DNA of 64,000 nt. Origin: Felis catus. Taxonomy: Eukaryota. A model generated the notes under the pieces. The model was given only the letters and a program-made list of their open reading frames with translations, was not told the origin of the DNA and did not search any database. A program made the translations under genes and the position numbers. This document shows, piece after piece, positions 38,818-50,550 of this stretch (its first letter is position 1; every line of letters begins with the position of its first letter). The stretch is from NCBI RefSeq assembly GCF_018350175.1, contig NC_058368.1:148430001-148494000 (forward strand). Direction: 5' to 3'.

Positions 38818-40059
38818 ATGTAAAGCACTGTAAATGTTGATCTTCTAACTTTTCATTATCTCTCCACATCTTTAGAATACACAGAAGTCAAATCTTCCAA
38901 TTAAGTGCAATAATTATTTGGCCCCTAGTGTGCATCACACTCTTTTATAACAATGGAGGTCACAAAAACAAATAAAATGACTCCTACTTTAAGAAGATTA
39001 TATCACTGAAGTTGTGACAATAGCAGTGAAAGCAAGGACATAAGGCAGAATCTGATATATATAAAACATGAAAGGGTGGAGACTGGAAGCTTTAATTATC
39101 ATTAAATATATTGAGACCTGATGGCATAAAAACTGGACTTTTTCGTTTCATCCTTTCAAATGTTTCCTTTATTTAGTGATTAAAGTGGTATTCATATTCT
39201 GATCATCCTTCACCTCATAGTCCCACAGTCTTTTTTTCTTAGTAAATTGTTCTTTTTAATCTGATATTTGCAGACTTTATCAGTTCTTATTTCTTCAAAA
39301 ATTCTAATCTTCAATAATTGTTATTGGTTTCTGTTATGACAATGTGGTGACTAATTGTATCACTTCTGGCTCCAGAATGGTGTTAAAATTCAATTAATGT
39401 AGATGATGACTTAATTTATACACAATAGAAGTAAATGCCAAGTTTTCACTAGAATGGGAACTACATAATTTTATACACATAGCATAATATGTGCTATTTT
39501 GAAAGTAATAATGGAAAATCATACTGAAAATAAATAAATATATTAAGGTAAAAAATACAACAAAATTAATGACCATTTACTACTGTTGGTTTTTTCAAAA
39601 AACATTAAAAATTCATAGGCATACCTATGAATAATGTTTGTATACAGTTAAAAGTATAATGTTTGGCATTGCTAAAAGTTATGGGATTATTCATAATAGG
39701 AACTTTTTTCTGGAAACTTTGAAATGACATTGTCGTCAGTTCCAGATTTTAAAATAATAATGGTAAATAGGATGCTGATGGCAAACAGAAAATAAGTGAA
39801 TAGTAAATAAATAAAAAGGGTAAACAAAAATTGCTATTATGCAGAAAAAAATAGGTATTTATTTTTCAATGTAAGAAGAATCTGAGAATAAGCCAGTTAC
39901 AGTGCAGTCTTTCTGTAACACGTCTTTCTTGCTTCTCAATAATACCAACTAGTTAAATAAAACGGACAAGAATTGAATAACATGGCTAATTAAGTTCATT
40001 AAAAAAATACCAGTGATAACTATAGCTATCATGATAGTGATAACAATTAATATAATAAA

Positions 40060-40236
40060 GTATTAAAATTTTACACAATTTTCTATGTAGTTTCATGCAA
40101 TCTTCTTATATTAAATAGTCTGAGATATAAACTCCCTCAATTCGAAGATGTTAGGTTACTTCTACAAGTTCACAAGAATAGTAATTGGAAACATTGGATT
40201 TATGTATCAGTTAAAAAGGTGCCAAAGCCCATGTTT
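40060..40236 (-). mobile_element. MIR fragment
   Basis: ttaggttacttctacaagttcacaagaatagtaattggaaacattggattt...gccaaagcccatg. Confidence 0.55.
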
Positions 40237-42033
40237 GTAGGAACTTTTTTTGTCCCAGTGTCACTGTAGTATAGCTAAAGAGAATCTTAGACTATGTTTT
40301 CCATTCAGTAACAAAACAAGTGACATGAATTAATCTAGAAATAATTATTTTCTACAATGGGGAAAAATAAGCCAAACTATGAAGTTATCATTATTCATCT
40401 ATACCAGAGTGTCTCAAAGTTTTGTCTTTTTTTCCTCAACAATAAGACACATTTTAATTACCTGAAATGGTCATAATAAAATAGTCTCATTTTAGACTAT
40501 GCCCTTATCTTAGACTGAAACAATATTTTGTGGACAGAAACAGTATTTTAAAAGACTTCCTAACTACTTCTGACAAATACTGTTTCCCAAGAACAGACAC
40601 AATATTATGGATATTGTTTGTTTACATGTATATGGGGCAGATATTTTAGCAATAATTCAGCATAAGATTTAGGATTATCTACGTAAGGATAATTCTGATA
40701 ATCAATAGTCATTTCATTTCTAGAATCACTGACTTGTTTTTTTATTCACCACAAAATGGAGTTTATGATCCCATAATGTGGATGAAGGTTGTGAGCTACT
40801 GAAATATATATTCAGTATATATTTATAAAATAAAATTTTTATATTTTATTCTTCAAAGTGTTACAGATAAATATAGTGAAGTTTTCTGGTAAATGAATAT
40901 ATACCCGTGAGAGTAAAATTAGACAAGTAAAAAATAGCATGTAAGATATTTATGGAATGTTAAGTGTTAAAAGTATAGCTTGCACACACATAATTTTGAG
41001 AAGCAATAGAAATAATATTTCAATAAATCCATAGTTCATAAAAGATGGCTTACTTTTTAAGCCACTAAATGTCCATGGGTTTTAATTTTTTCAACTTTAA
41101 AATCAGGCCAGGGTTGCTCTAGGGATTATCTATAATTTCTTTCAGTTTTTGTTATCAGTGATTCTATTATTGAACCAACCCTTAGTGGGTTTTTTATTTA
41201 TTTGTTTGTTTTTAGTTTTTCTTCTTCTTCCTTCCAAATCCCTGTAAATTAATTGAATATTTCTCATGTTTGAGTAGCTAGCTTATTAACCTTTCACACA
41301 TGCATGTTTCTTTTCCCCATGTTCATAGTAATTCTTGCTGAAAATCCTCAATGATCTTGACTCTTTTGATAAATGTAGAATATTGAAATAATCTGCATTT
41401 TTGCTATATTCATGATAATACAGACAAAAAGGTGTCAATTATTAGGTATGGTTAAAATACTAATTTAAGCCAGGTGGTTAGTGATCTATTCTTCACAATG
41501 GAGTTATATGCCTATCTATTGCTTGTTTTAGGGCTCTAGGTTCCTGAAAAAATGCTCTGCAACTGAAGACGAGCCTTAGAGCTTAATTTTTTTTAAGGAA
41601 AAAAAAAGAAAGCTTTATTTTTTAAAACATCTATGTTTTTCTGTTTGCTGGAGGCTATCTTCATCTTCCTTCTTAGGCCAAATGGGTATTTTCAGCGTTT
41701 TGTTGAAGGCATCTTTCAAAATTGTTTCACAGCTGGAATCCCCACTGATAAGAATGGGCATAAGGCAAAAGAAGCTTCAAAGGACATGTCCCAAAGAAAA
41801 GCCAAGGAGCTTGCCAGGACTAAATGAAGTTTGGGAAAGAAAATAAGCCAGCAATCAATCCAATTGGATGCAGCTGTAACATTTGTTCTCTTTAAAAATA
41901 CATTTTTGCTAAGGATCTATTCCATCTATACTTAAATATTTTCCACTTGCCCTCAAAGCGCCTCATGTTCTCATAACAACTAAATGTAATGCCTCATATT
42001 ACAAATACTCTATAAGCCCTAGTAATAATAGTA

Positions 42034-42229
42034 TTTTTTAATGTTTCTTTATGTTTGAGAGAGAGCGCAAGCAAGGGAGGGGCAAAGAGAGAGGGAGAAA
42101 CAGAATCTGAAGCAGGCTCCAGTCTGAGTTGTCAGCACAGAGCCTGATACAGGGCTTGAACTCACTAGCCACGAGATCTTTACCTGAGCTGAAGTTGGAT
42201 GCTAAACTGACTGAGCCACCCAGGCACCC
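42034..42229 (-). mobile_element. CanSINE
   Basis: SINE head at 42229, body and tail. Confidence 0.93.
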
Positions 42230-42369
42230 TTATTTGCTATTATTGTATACTGTTTGACATTCTTCTTTTATTTCTTACTAAGTTATCTGGCTAGTCTCAG
42301 CAATTAAAAAAAATTGGACTAATAGGATTAATAAAATTAGAACACAACTTTTTTTTAAAAAGGTTTTAA

Positions 42370-42528
42370 GGAACATAAGAGACTCTTAAAAACTGAGAAC
42401 AAACTGAGGGCTGATGGGGGGTGGGAGGGAGGGGAAAGTGGGTGATGGGCATTGAGGAGGGCATCTGTTGGGATGAGCACTGGGTGTTGTATGAAAACCA
42501 ATTTGACAATAAATTTCATATATTAAAA
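42370..42528 (+). mobile_element. Young, severely 5'-truncated cat-type L1 (L1_Fc-like) 3' end
   Basis: aactgagaacaaactgagggctgatggggggtgggagggaggggaaagtgggtgatgggcattgaggagggc...aaccaatttgacaataaatttcat; 13-bp TSD AAAAAGGTTTTAA. Confidence 0.93.
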
Positions 42529-42626
42529 AAAAAGGTTTTAAAGATTATTTTTCCTTAAAAGTAAAGTGACTATGAGTCTACAATGTCACTTTTTAGTTGT
42601 TACTTTAAAAAATAAGAAGTGTTCTT

Positions 42627-42838
42627 GGGGCGCCTGAGTGGCTCAGTTGGTTAAGCTGCCAAATCTAGATTTCGGCTCAGGTCATACCTTCACAGTTCAT
42701 AGGATGAAGCCCCACATCAGCCTCTACGCTGACAGTGTGGACCCTGCTTGGGATTCTCTCTCCTTTCTCTCTATAACTCTCCTGCTTGTGTGCGTGCTCT
42801 CTCTCTCTCTCAAAATAAATTTTAAAAATAAAAATAAT
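42627..42838 (+). mobile_element. CanSINE (older type)
   Basis: Complete SINE; TSD AAAATAA(G/A)AAGT. Confidence 0.94.
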
Positions 42839-43062
42839 AAAAATAAAAAGTATTTTAAAGGCAGAGGATAAATGCCAAGAAAACATTTATTCTGAAAAGA
42901 CCTGCAGAATCGTCAGTAGTTGAGCCAGAGCATCAGATAGTTCAGAAAAGCAGTGAGTCATGCTTTAAAAGTCATTCTTAGAGACCTCCTACACCTATCA
43001 TTGTGGTAATAATTAAAATTAAAAATATTAAGATTTTAGGAATTCCCTAAGGGCATTTGAGT

Positions 43063-43259
43063 GTTTTCTAAATGTTTATTTTTGAGGGAGAGACACAGCA
43101 TGCGCAGGGGACGTGCAGAGAGAGAGGAAGACAGAACCTCAAGCAGGTTCCAGGCTCTGAGCTGTCAGCACACAGCCAGACATGGGGCTGAAGGAGCCAT
43201 GAGATCAAGACCTGACCTAAATACGATGCTCTCAACTGACTGAGCTACCCAGGTGCCCC
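43063..43259 (-). mobile_element. CanSINE
   Basis: SINE head at 43259; small internal deletion. Confidence 0.92.
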
Positions 43260-44919
43260 TGAGCAATTTTTTAATGCATTATTAAGTACACAAAAATGAA
43301 TCAATTTTGCCCCAAATTCCAAAACCAAAAAACAACAAAAAACCTGCAAAATGTGTACACAACTACAAGACCCCTCTATCCCCCTTATCCAAGTCTTTTC
43401 CCTCCTGCACAACAGTGGCCTCTCCTAACTGTAGTAGACCTTCACAGGGACCTTTGCTCTGCATTTGTATAATGTATGTATTTATGTGGTGTATCTATTA
43501 ATATCATATTTCAATATATTTTAAAAATATAAACAAGATCCTTTTCTTTGTATCCTTGTGGAACTTGCTCTTTTCACCTGTTACTATCTGTAAATAATGT
43601 TTAAAACAAACATTAGGTGTGAATTGCAATCAAAACATAGTTTAATTTTCTTTTGTCTCTCTGTTTCCTTGAACTTTATTATTTGGGGGTAAATGTCCCC
43701 TGTAGATACATGGAGATTTGAATTGACTTGAGACTGAGCTGGTCATACTCTGGTAATAAAACTTCCTTTGCCCACTTTTAATCATGAAAGAAAAAAAAAA
43801 CCTAAATTTTGAAAATAAGTTATCTAGTCCTGTATGATGGTCAACATTTTGCAAGTGTTTAACTTTGAATCTTCTTGTTTTAACCATTTAGGATTGTCCC
43901 AGGCTGAAGCTACAGGGAAAAGAAAGCAGGATCTTCTATTTTCTTACTATAAGTTTAAAATCTCCAAGCTCATCTCTGTCCGCACTGGCCAGCTGCAAAT
44001 TCAGCCATAGCCATTTGTCAAGTAAAGGAAAGGGGAAAAGATTCTTACTGGTTTTGCAATTTAAACTGTCTAAAGACTGACAGATAATTAAATGCGACTT
44101 GCCCTCCGGGGTGCTTTCCTGAGCACTTTAAAGGTTCCCAGCTGGACTCTGCTCTTTTATTTCTTTTGACTGATGTGAGGCATCTTCTCTGAGTTATGTG
44201 TTTTGGTCTTCCTTTCACTCATGGACTTTTAATTGTTTACCTCTCTGTCTGCTGAGGTCCCCCCTCAGGCAGCCTCTTAAATAGGATCCAAGATGGTACC
44301 ACATCTGTGCCCTCTCTCTAATTCCCCAAGGTGCTCTAAAAGAATTTGGGGTTCCCTTATCCCTACAAATGTGGGGACTGTGAGTATAGCAGTAAAACTC
44401 CTGTAGTACAGTATAAGGCCCATCCTCCAAATTGCAGGAAAACACTTCTAAAGTTTTCCCAAATCTTTTTAAAAATAATTAAAAAAAATAAAAAAATTCC
44501 CCAGTGGTTCTTTCTTAAGCCACCTTCAAAAGGTTTGGGGATAAAAGGTGGCATTGTTCTTCCTGAATGCATTTGTTTCTAGACCAACTATCAATAGGTG
44601 GAATTTTGGGGTCCTGAAATGTGTACCTTTCAAATTTTCATAGAAGGTAATAAATGTTTTCACTAACTGATTTTGTTAATTTATACTAAAAGCATTTGAG
44701 AGTCTCTATTTTCTCATATCCTTAATTCATTTATAATTTATAATATTTTTCTCCATTTTCATTAGCATTGCAATTCCTGTGGCCTCCATTACAGTTTAAA
44801 ATAATCAAATCTCAATAGAAAATTTAAAAAATCAACATTAATAGTCTGGATTTTTTGGGGGGGGAAGTGAGAATTTGCTCTCTACATTCAGTATATTATT
44901 CACTCTAAAATGTTATTCA

Positions 44920-45288
44920 TCATGAAGTCTTGCCATTTGCAACAACATGGATGGATCTAGAGAGTATAATGCTAACAGAGATGAGTCAGTCAGAAAAAGA
45001 CCAGTACCATATGATTTCACTCATATGTGGAATTTAAGAAAGAAAACAAACAAGCAAAGGGAAAAAAAGAGAGAGAGAAAGATAAACCAGGAAACACACA
45101 CTTAAGTATGGAGAACACACAGATAGTTACCCGAGGGGAGGTAAGGAGGGGTGGGTGAAAATGTTATGGGGATTAAGGACACACTTATGAGCACTGAGTA
45201 ATGTATACAATTGTTGAATTACTAGATTATACACCTGAAACTAATATAACACTGTATGATAACTATACTGGAGTTAAAATTTAAAAAC
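44920..45288 (+). mobile_element. 5'-truncated carnivore L1 3' end
   Basis: tcttgccatttgcaacaacatggatggatctagagag...tacacctgaaactaatataacactgtatg; TSD TAAAAT(G/T)TTATTCA. Confidence 0.92.
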
Positions 45289-45389
45289 TTAAAATTTTAT
45301 TCACTAGCTTTACAGCCTTTTAAAAATAACTTTCAGATAATAAGATCTATTGTTCACCACGACCAATGTCTAATCTGCTATACTTCTCC

Positions 45390-45390
<1 letters not shown>

Positions 45391-45471
<81 letters not shown>

Positions 45472-45475
45472 CTTT

Positions 45476-45545
<70 letters not shown>
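45391..45545. repeat. (TTTC)n tetranucleotide microsatellite
   Basis: ~155 bp of TTTC units with one interruption near 45471. Confidence 0.98.
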
Positions 45546-45546
<1 letters not shown>

Positions 45547-48500
45547 GTGTGTACTCTGGTAAAGTTAAATAAAAGTTAGGAAAGTAACTTTACATTCACC
45601 TCTCTGATTTATCACTGAATCAGAAATGCCTAGGTTCTGCTGTTGTGTGCATGAGAGCAAGAGTAAGAATGAGAGTGCTTGAACTTAAGAGGGAAAAATG
45701 CATAGGTTAAAAAAGTGAAAAGAAAGGGAAATGTGTTGGGAAGATGATTGATTTATGTCAACTGTACATGTATGTTTTGATAAAGGAAAAATATAACTGT
45801 GTTCTCTTCATTAGGAATTTTGTAATAAGAAATGATCTATTTTTATTAGATTATATGAGCATTTTGTACAGTTTAGCTCTATTTGAGGTAAAAACATTCT
45901 AAACCAGATCATTCCTTTATTGCTTCTCCCTGTAGCTTGCATCAATGGTTTTAGAGATTTTCTGAGAAATCCCTCTGAAAATGCTATGAGAAGAGGGCAT
46001 CTGACAGCTTTGAATGACATATACCCTTAAATTTAACATAACATATTAAAATTACACTGAGTAGAATAATGTAAATGGTGTAATGCAATAGAGGTTAATT
46101 TCTTATTCTTTTTCTACTTCTCTTTGTCCAACAAGCTTTAAGAATATTCTTTTATGTTGGTGACTGATTTTTTTCTCCCAGCAGCTTCAAAATTACTTCT
46201 TTTCCTCTTATCATATTACTTTTTCACTATCCAAAAATAAATTTTGTAAGATTCAAACAAGGAAACACTAGCATGTATGAGGCTCCCTATTCTGCACTGC
46301 CAATTCTTGTTTGACTGTTTGTTTATTTCAAGTGCTGTGGTTTAAAGGGGAGGTTGCAATGAAGTGTACCCACGTATGCAACCAATGTGACATAGGAGAG
46401 CACAGGAACAATGCGATAACCACATGAAAAAGAAGCAAGTGGGCAGACTATACACTGCACATAGGCAGAATGACAAGAACAACATCATATTTCTTCATTT
46501 ATGGGAAGATGTTTTTTAGCTAGAAATCGTATTTGCCTGGGAAAACAACTTCTGACCACGCTAGTGATTTTACATATTTACTTCCCACATGTGGATGAGA
46601 ATTCTCACAGAGAATGTATATTTAATAAGGAGGAAGTTTCTCATTGAGTCGATGTTAAAAAAAACATCTTGACTTAATAGCAATACAAAATAGAAGATAT
46701 ATAATTCTTGACTTGCATTTGACAAAATAAAAAACAATAATAAACACATTTTTATAACCTCATCATAAAGAGAATTGTAGGTGTATATGTCTGTTTTCCC
46801 CTAAAATATAGTCTAAATTCAGGACTGTTATATTTCTCGTTAGTTTCCTAAAATGCATTTTAGTTGCCAATTAATACTAAATGTCTCTATTTTGTATATA
46901 TATAAACACATGCATGCATTATAGGCATGGGGTTAATAAATAAATAAATCTACGAAATCTTCAAATTTATTCTAGAAATTTAATATTACTTTGATATGTT
47001 AAAGTCTTCCAAAGGTGATAAAGTCATATAACACTCCCGTTTAATTCCAGACCAACAAAGTGGATAAGCTCTTGTAATGGTGTGAAAATATGAAAGCCAT
47101 TAATTAAATCTTTTTTTAGAACTATTTATTTATATTCACTTTACATTGCAAATCTACTGCCATTAAGTAGAAGTGCTATTTTATTTTCTTTGCATAATAG
47201 TTGAGATCTGTTTTAACAGTGAAAAATAATTCATTAGATTACTCTTCAAAGTATAATTTCGATAAAGGAAAAAAGATGTTCAGCCTTAAAAAGTTGCCTA
47301 GGTATTTATGTGTTCAGATAACCACAAAAGTACTTTTGCTTAAGATCTCCTACTTGGCATGCAAATGGTCTTTATAAAGCAATGCTTGATTTGCCCTATT
47401 TTAAATTAAATTCCTGTGACTTTTTGTCAGTCTACTGGATAGGAACACGGAATCTGACATATTGAATCAGTCCATTGCTCCATCAAGTAGACTATTTTGT
47501 TTCCAATAATAGTCTATAAAATGAGACTTCAGAGAAAAATAAAGTATATTGCACACAGTGAATTTTGAAAGATCTTACCTAATGTTCCTGATTCAGCCCC
47601 ATGTAGGCATTTCACTGTGAACTTTAAGGTGAGAGCAGTGCTAGATTTTCACATTTCCTTTACCACCAAAGTAATTCCAAGCGCAATTCTTATTTTCAAC
47701 TAACAGCAATTTATGTAGTAAACTTGTGTTAACTTTTATTAGATTGCATATTTATGGTAAGTTATAAAAGTAGCAACAGTTTCATATTGAATTTAATTGT
47801 ATATATTCTGTAAAATCTGCAGTAGTTGTTTTGATGGTGATTATGTTTTAGAAATGTTTATGTGGCTCCAAATAGTTTGGGCTATTATAAACAGAGCAGT
47901 ATTCTTTTCAGCTAATCTTTTGTGTGACTAACAGGTTGGCTGCTACTCTAACAATCAAAGAGTGTCTGTTCACTTTGGTTACAAGAAAGCCTTAAAATAC
48001 AGGTGGGAAATTGAGGAATATATATTTAGGCCAATCACGGTATATTTGTCTCCTAGATATAGTTGATACATGTTTATTTCAATAGCAAGAAACCTACATT
48101 AACCAAAAGTTGAAAAAAATGTCTGAAGTTTACAGTGACATTCACCTAGACCAATCAACTCCATTCAGCTCAAGCAGCACTGAATTGCAGATCTTAGAAG
48201 TGAAAGCAAAGTGACTTCATTTATCATGTTACAAACACAAAAATAAATTTTCCACAATATCTCATTTTTGAGAGCTTCTTTAAAGAATAAGAGATACTTC
48301 TATGAAAAACAGAGGTATCTACCTATACCATATAAATTTTTGGAAAGTATACATGATATTTTCCCAATAATTTATATTGGCTCAGACATAGCACATGTTG
48401 CTTTGATTCCTCCTTAATTCAGGTACAGAAATTATTACAAATACAGAGTTAATTTTTTTCCCACAGAATTATTAGAATAAAGAAATCAATATATTTTCTC

Positions 48501-48595
48501 TCAGAAATTTCATTGCACTATCATGATCTACACTACCACCCATAAAGTCAGATAATGTAAGAACAGATGATTGTTTTAATCATATTACCTTGAGT

Positions 48596-49024
48596 GATGT
48601 ATGGTAAAACCAGGTACAGATCATGATATACAAAGACTTAGCACAAATTAAAGGTTTTACTATACTCACAGCTTCCTGGGGAGATCACAGTACACCAGGC
48701 AGGGCCACTCAGGGGAAGCACTCGAATCTGTCAGGAGGTAGGAATAAAAGAAGAACAGTGAGCAAGCAACTTTATTGTGGTTTCTGTGGGAAGGAAAGGG
48801 TGAGGCAGGGCAACCAGGCTCAGAATTGGTTTGTTATATTTGAAGGTGGCTTCCTCCCCCATAATGTTCATATTCACTGTGAATGCTAAAGAATATAACT
48901 TAAAATTATCTAAGGACTCCAGATATCTACAGATAGGTCACAATTTGGTTATGGATAGTGAATAGTCCCTTAGGTGGATGTTAAACATCAATTTATACAA
49001 ATTAAAAGTATGGTTAACATTACG
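48596..49024 (-). mobile_element. Solo ERVL-class LTR (LTR79/MER74-group-like)
   Basis: - strand starts ~atgttaaccatacttttaatttgtataaattgatg; contains ccaattctgagcctg..ccctgcctcaccctttccttcccacagaaaccacAATAAAg. Confidence 0.75.
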
Positions 49025-49427
49025 ATATACCCATCCTTAAATATCACTATTATTCTAATCAATGTGAGTATAAGTCACATACAAATTAGAAATAAAACAT
49101 ATTCATGCATTTTAAAATTAGCTTTTATTTGTTCCATGCACATTTGCAAATAAATGCCCTTTAGATTTTTATTATTCATTTTTCAACTTGCTTTACAAAA
49201 ATGAACATGCAATTTCTGCCTGCTTTCCACTAAAGAAAATATAGAGCCTAGATTAGATAGTTTTCCAACATTTTTAGAAAATCTCCTATCTGAATTATGA
49301 GCTTTATTAGCAGATTCTTTCTGGGTTCTGGATGAACTGTGACATTTTTTCAACTCACAAATAGATGATCTCTTATATTATTGTGGACAACTTTTAGTCA
49401 GTTTGGTTTTTGACATGACGCTTACTT

Positions 49428-49630
49428 TTAATTTTGTTAATGTTTATTTATTTTTGAGAGACAGAGACAGGGGAGGGGCAGAGAGAGAGAGGGAGACACA
49501 GAATCTGAAGGAGGTCCCAAGCTCTGAGCTGTCAGCACAGAGCATGATGTGCGGTTCAAACCCACAAACCATGAGGTCATGACCTGAGCTAGAGTCAGAC
49601 ACTTAACTGACTGAGCCACCCAAGCACCCC
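49428..49630 (-). mobile_element. CanSINE
   Basis: Complete SINE on - strand. Confidence 0.94.
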
Positions 49631-50179
49631 TAAGACTTATGTTTAAAAAGTCATATATAAAAGTGACTTCACTTGCATTATTATAAGAAATATTGTGTAC
49701 AAATCTTAAATCAAATTAAAAGGACCTAGTGTTTATTAACTCTTTTAAAATAGAAAACTGAAGTTAAGCAGAAACCAACAGGGCATCCAGAGTTTTGTTT
49801 CCTTTCCCTCTCTCTTCTCCTATCAATTTTTAAGTATCATTTGGCTATTGGTTTAGATTGAGAATTTTCAGCAGAGAGATAAATAAGGATGCAGTACCTT
49901 AAATACTAAAGAAGCAACTTATTTCACCATTATCCATTGATTCCAAATTATTTTCCCCTCTTATGAATTTCAGAGTATATCATCTGGACTAGTCACCATT
50001 ATCCTGAATCAAAGGCTACCTTCAAAGACTTCAACATGTTATCATTGCAAATGTTTTGAGTCCTCATGCAGATTTTAGCAAATTGAGTCTGACCAGTACA
50101 TAATAATTGCTATGATCTGCTTCATGCATGCTTCTCCTGCCTCATAGTTTGCCTCTCTCCTGAATCATCAGATTCTTAC

Positions 50180-50550
50180 TGATTTTTTCATTACATTGAT
50201 ACATTCTACCTTTGCTCTCAGACCATGTCCTTCTCCCTCCTCCATACCCTCTCCCTACCTTGGACGGCTAAGATTCATCATTCAGTTCTCAGCTAAAATG
50301 TAAGCTCTTCAGAATCAACCTTCCAAACTATCTTTTCTACAGAAGGCCCCTTCTCTATCATAGAATCAATAAGTTTCAATATTATATTATTATAATTTTA
50401 GATAATATTAGTACTTTTTTGTTTCCTGATATTATTAGTCTTCCTTAGAAATGGCAAATTCCATAAGGACAGGAAGTTTTTGCAACACTGATCAAATGCA
50501 AGGCTTAGCAAAGTGCTTGGCACTCTGTTTATTTTGAACCAGTGAATGAA
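50180..50550 (+). mobile_element. L2 3' region
   Basis: ttcatcattcagttctcagctaaaatgt...aatggcaaattccataaggacagga...gcttagcaaagtgcttggcac...gtgaatgaa. Confidence 0.7.

Noticed and set aside
40405..40595. Possible MER5-type hAT MITE (cagagtgtctcaaagt...)
   Set aside because: Only one end is recognisable and there is no TSD; too degenerate to call
44346..44582. ORF with PYKCGDCEYSS...H resembling a C2H2 zinc finger
   Set aside because: Single finger, C-to-H spacing of 13 rather than 12, no second His, no TGEKP linker, no neighbouring fingers, and no ATG start
12787..47366. Several ATGCAAAT octamer motifs (e.g. 12787, 20962, 21502, 47359)
   Set aside because: Frequency is compatible with the AT-rich background; no clustering or supporting context
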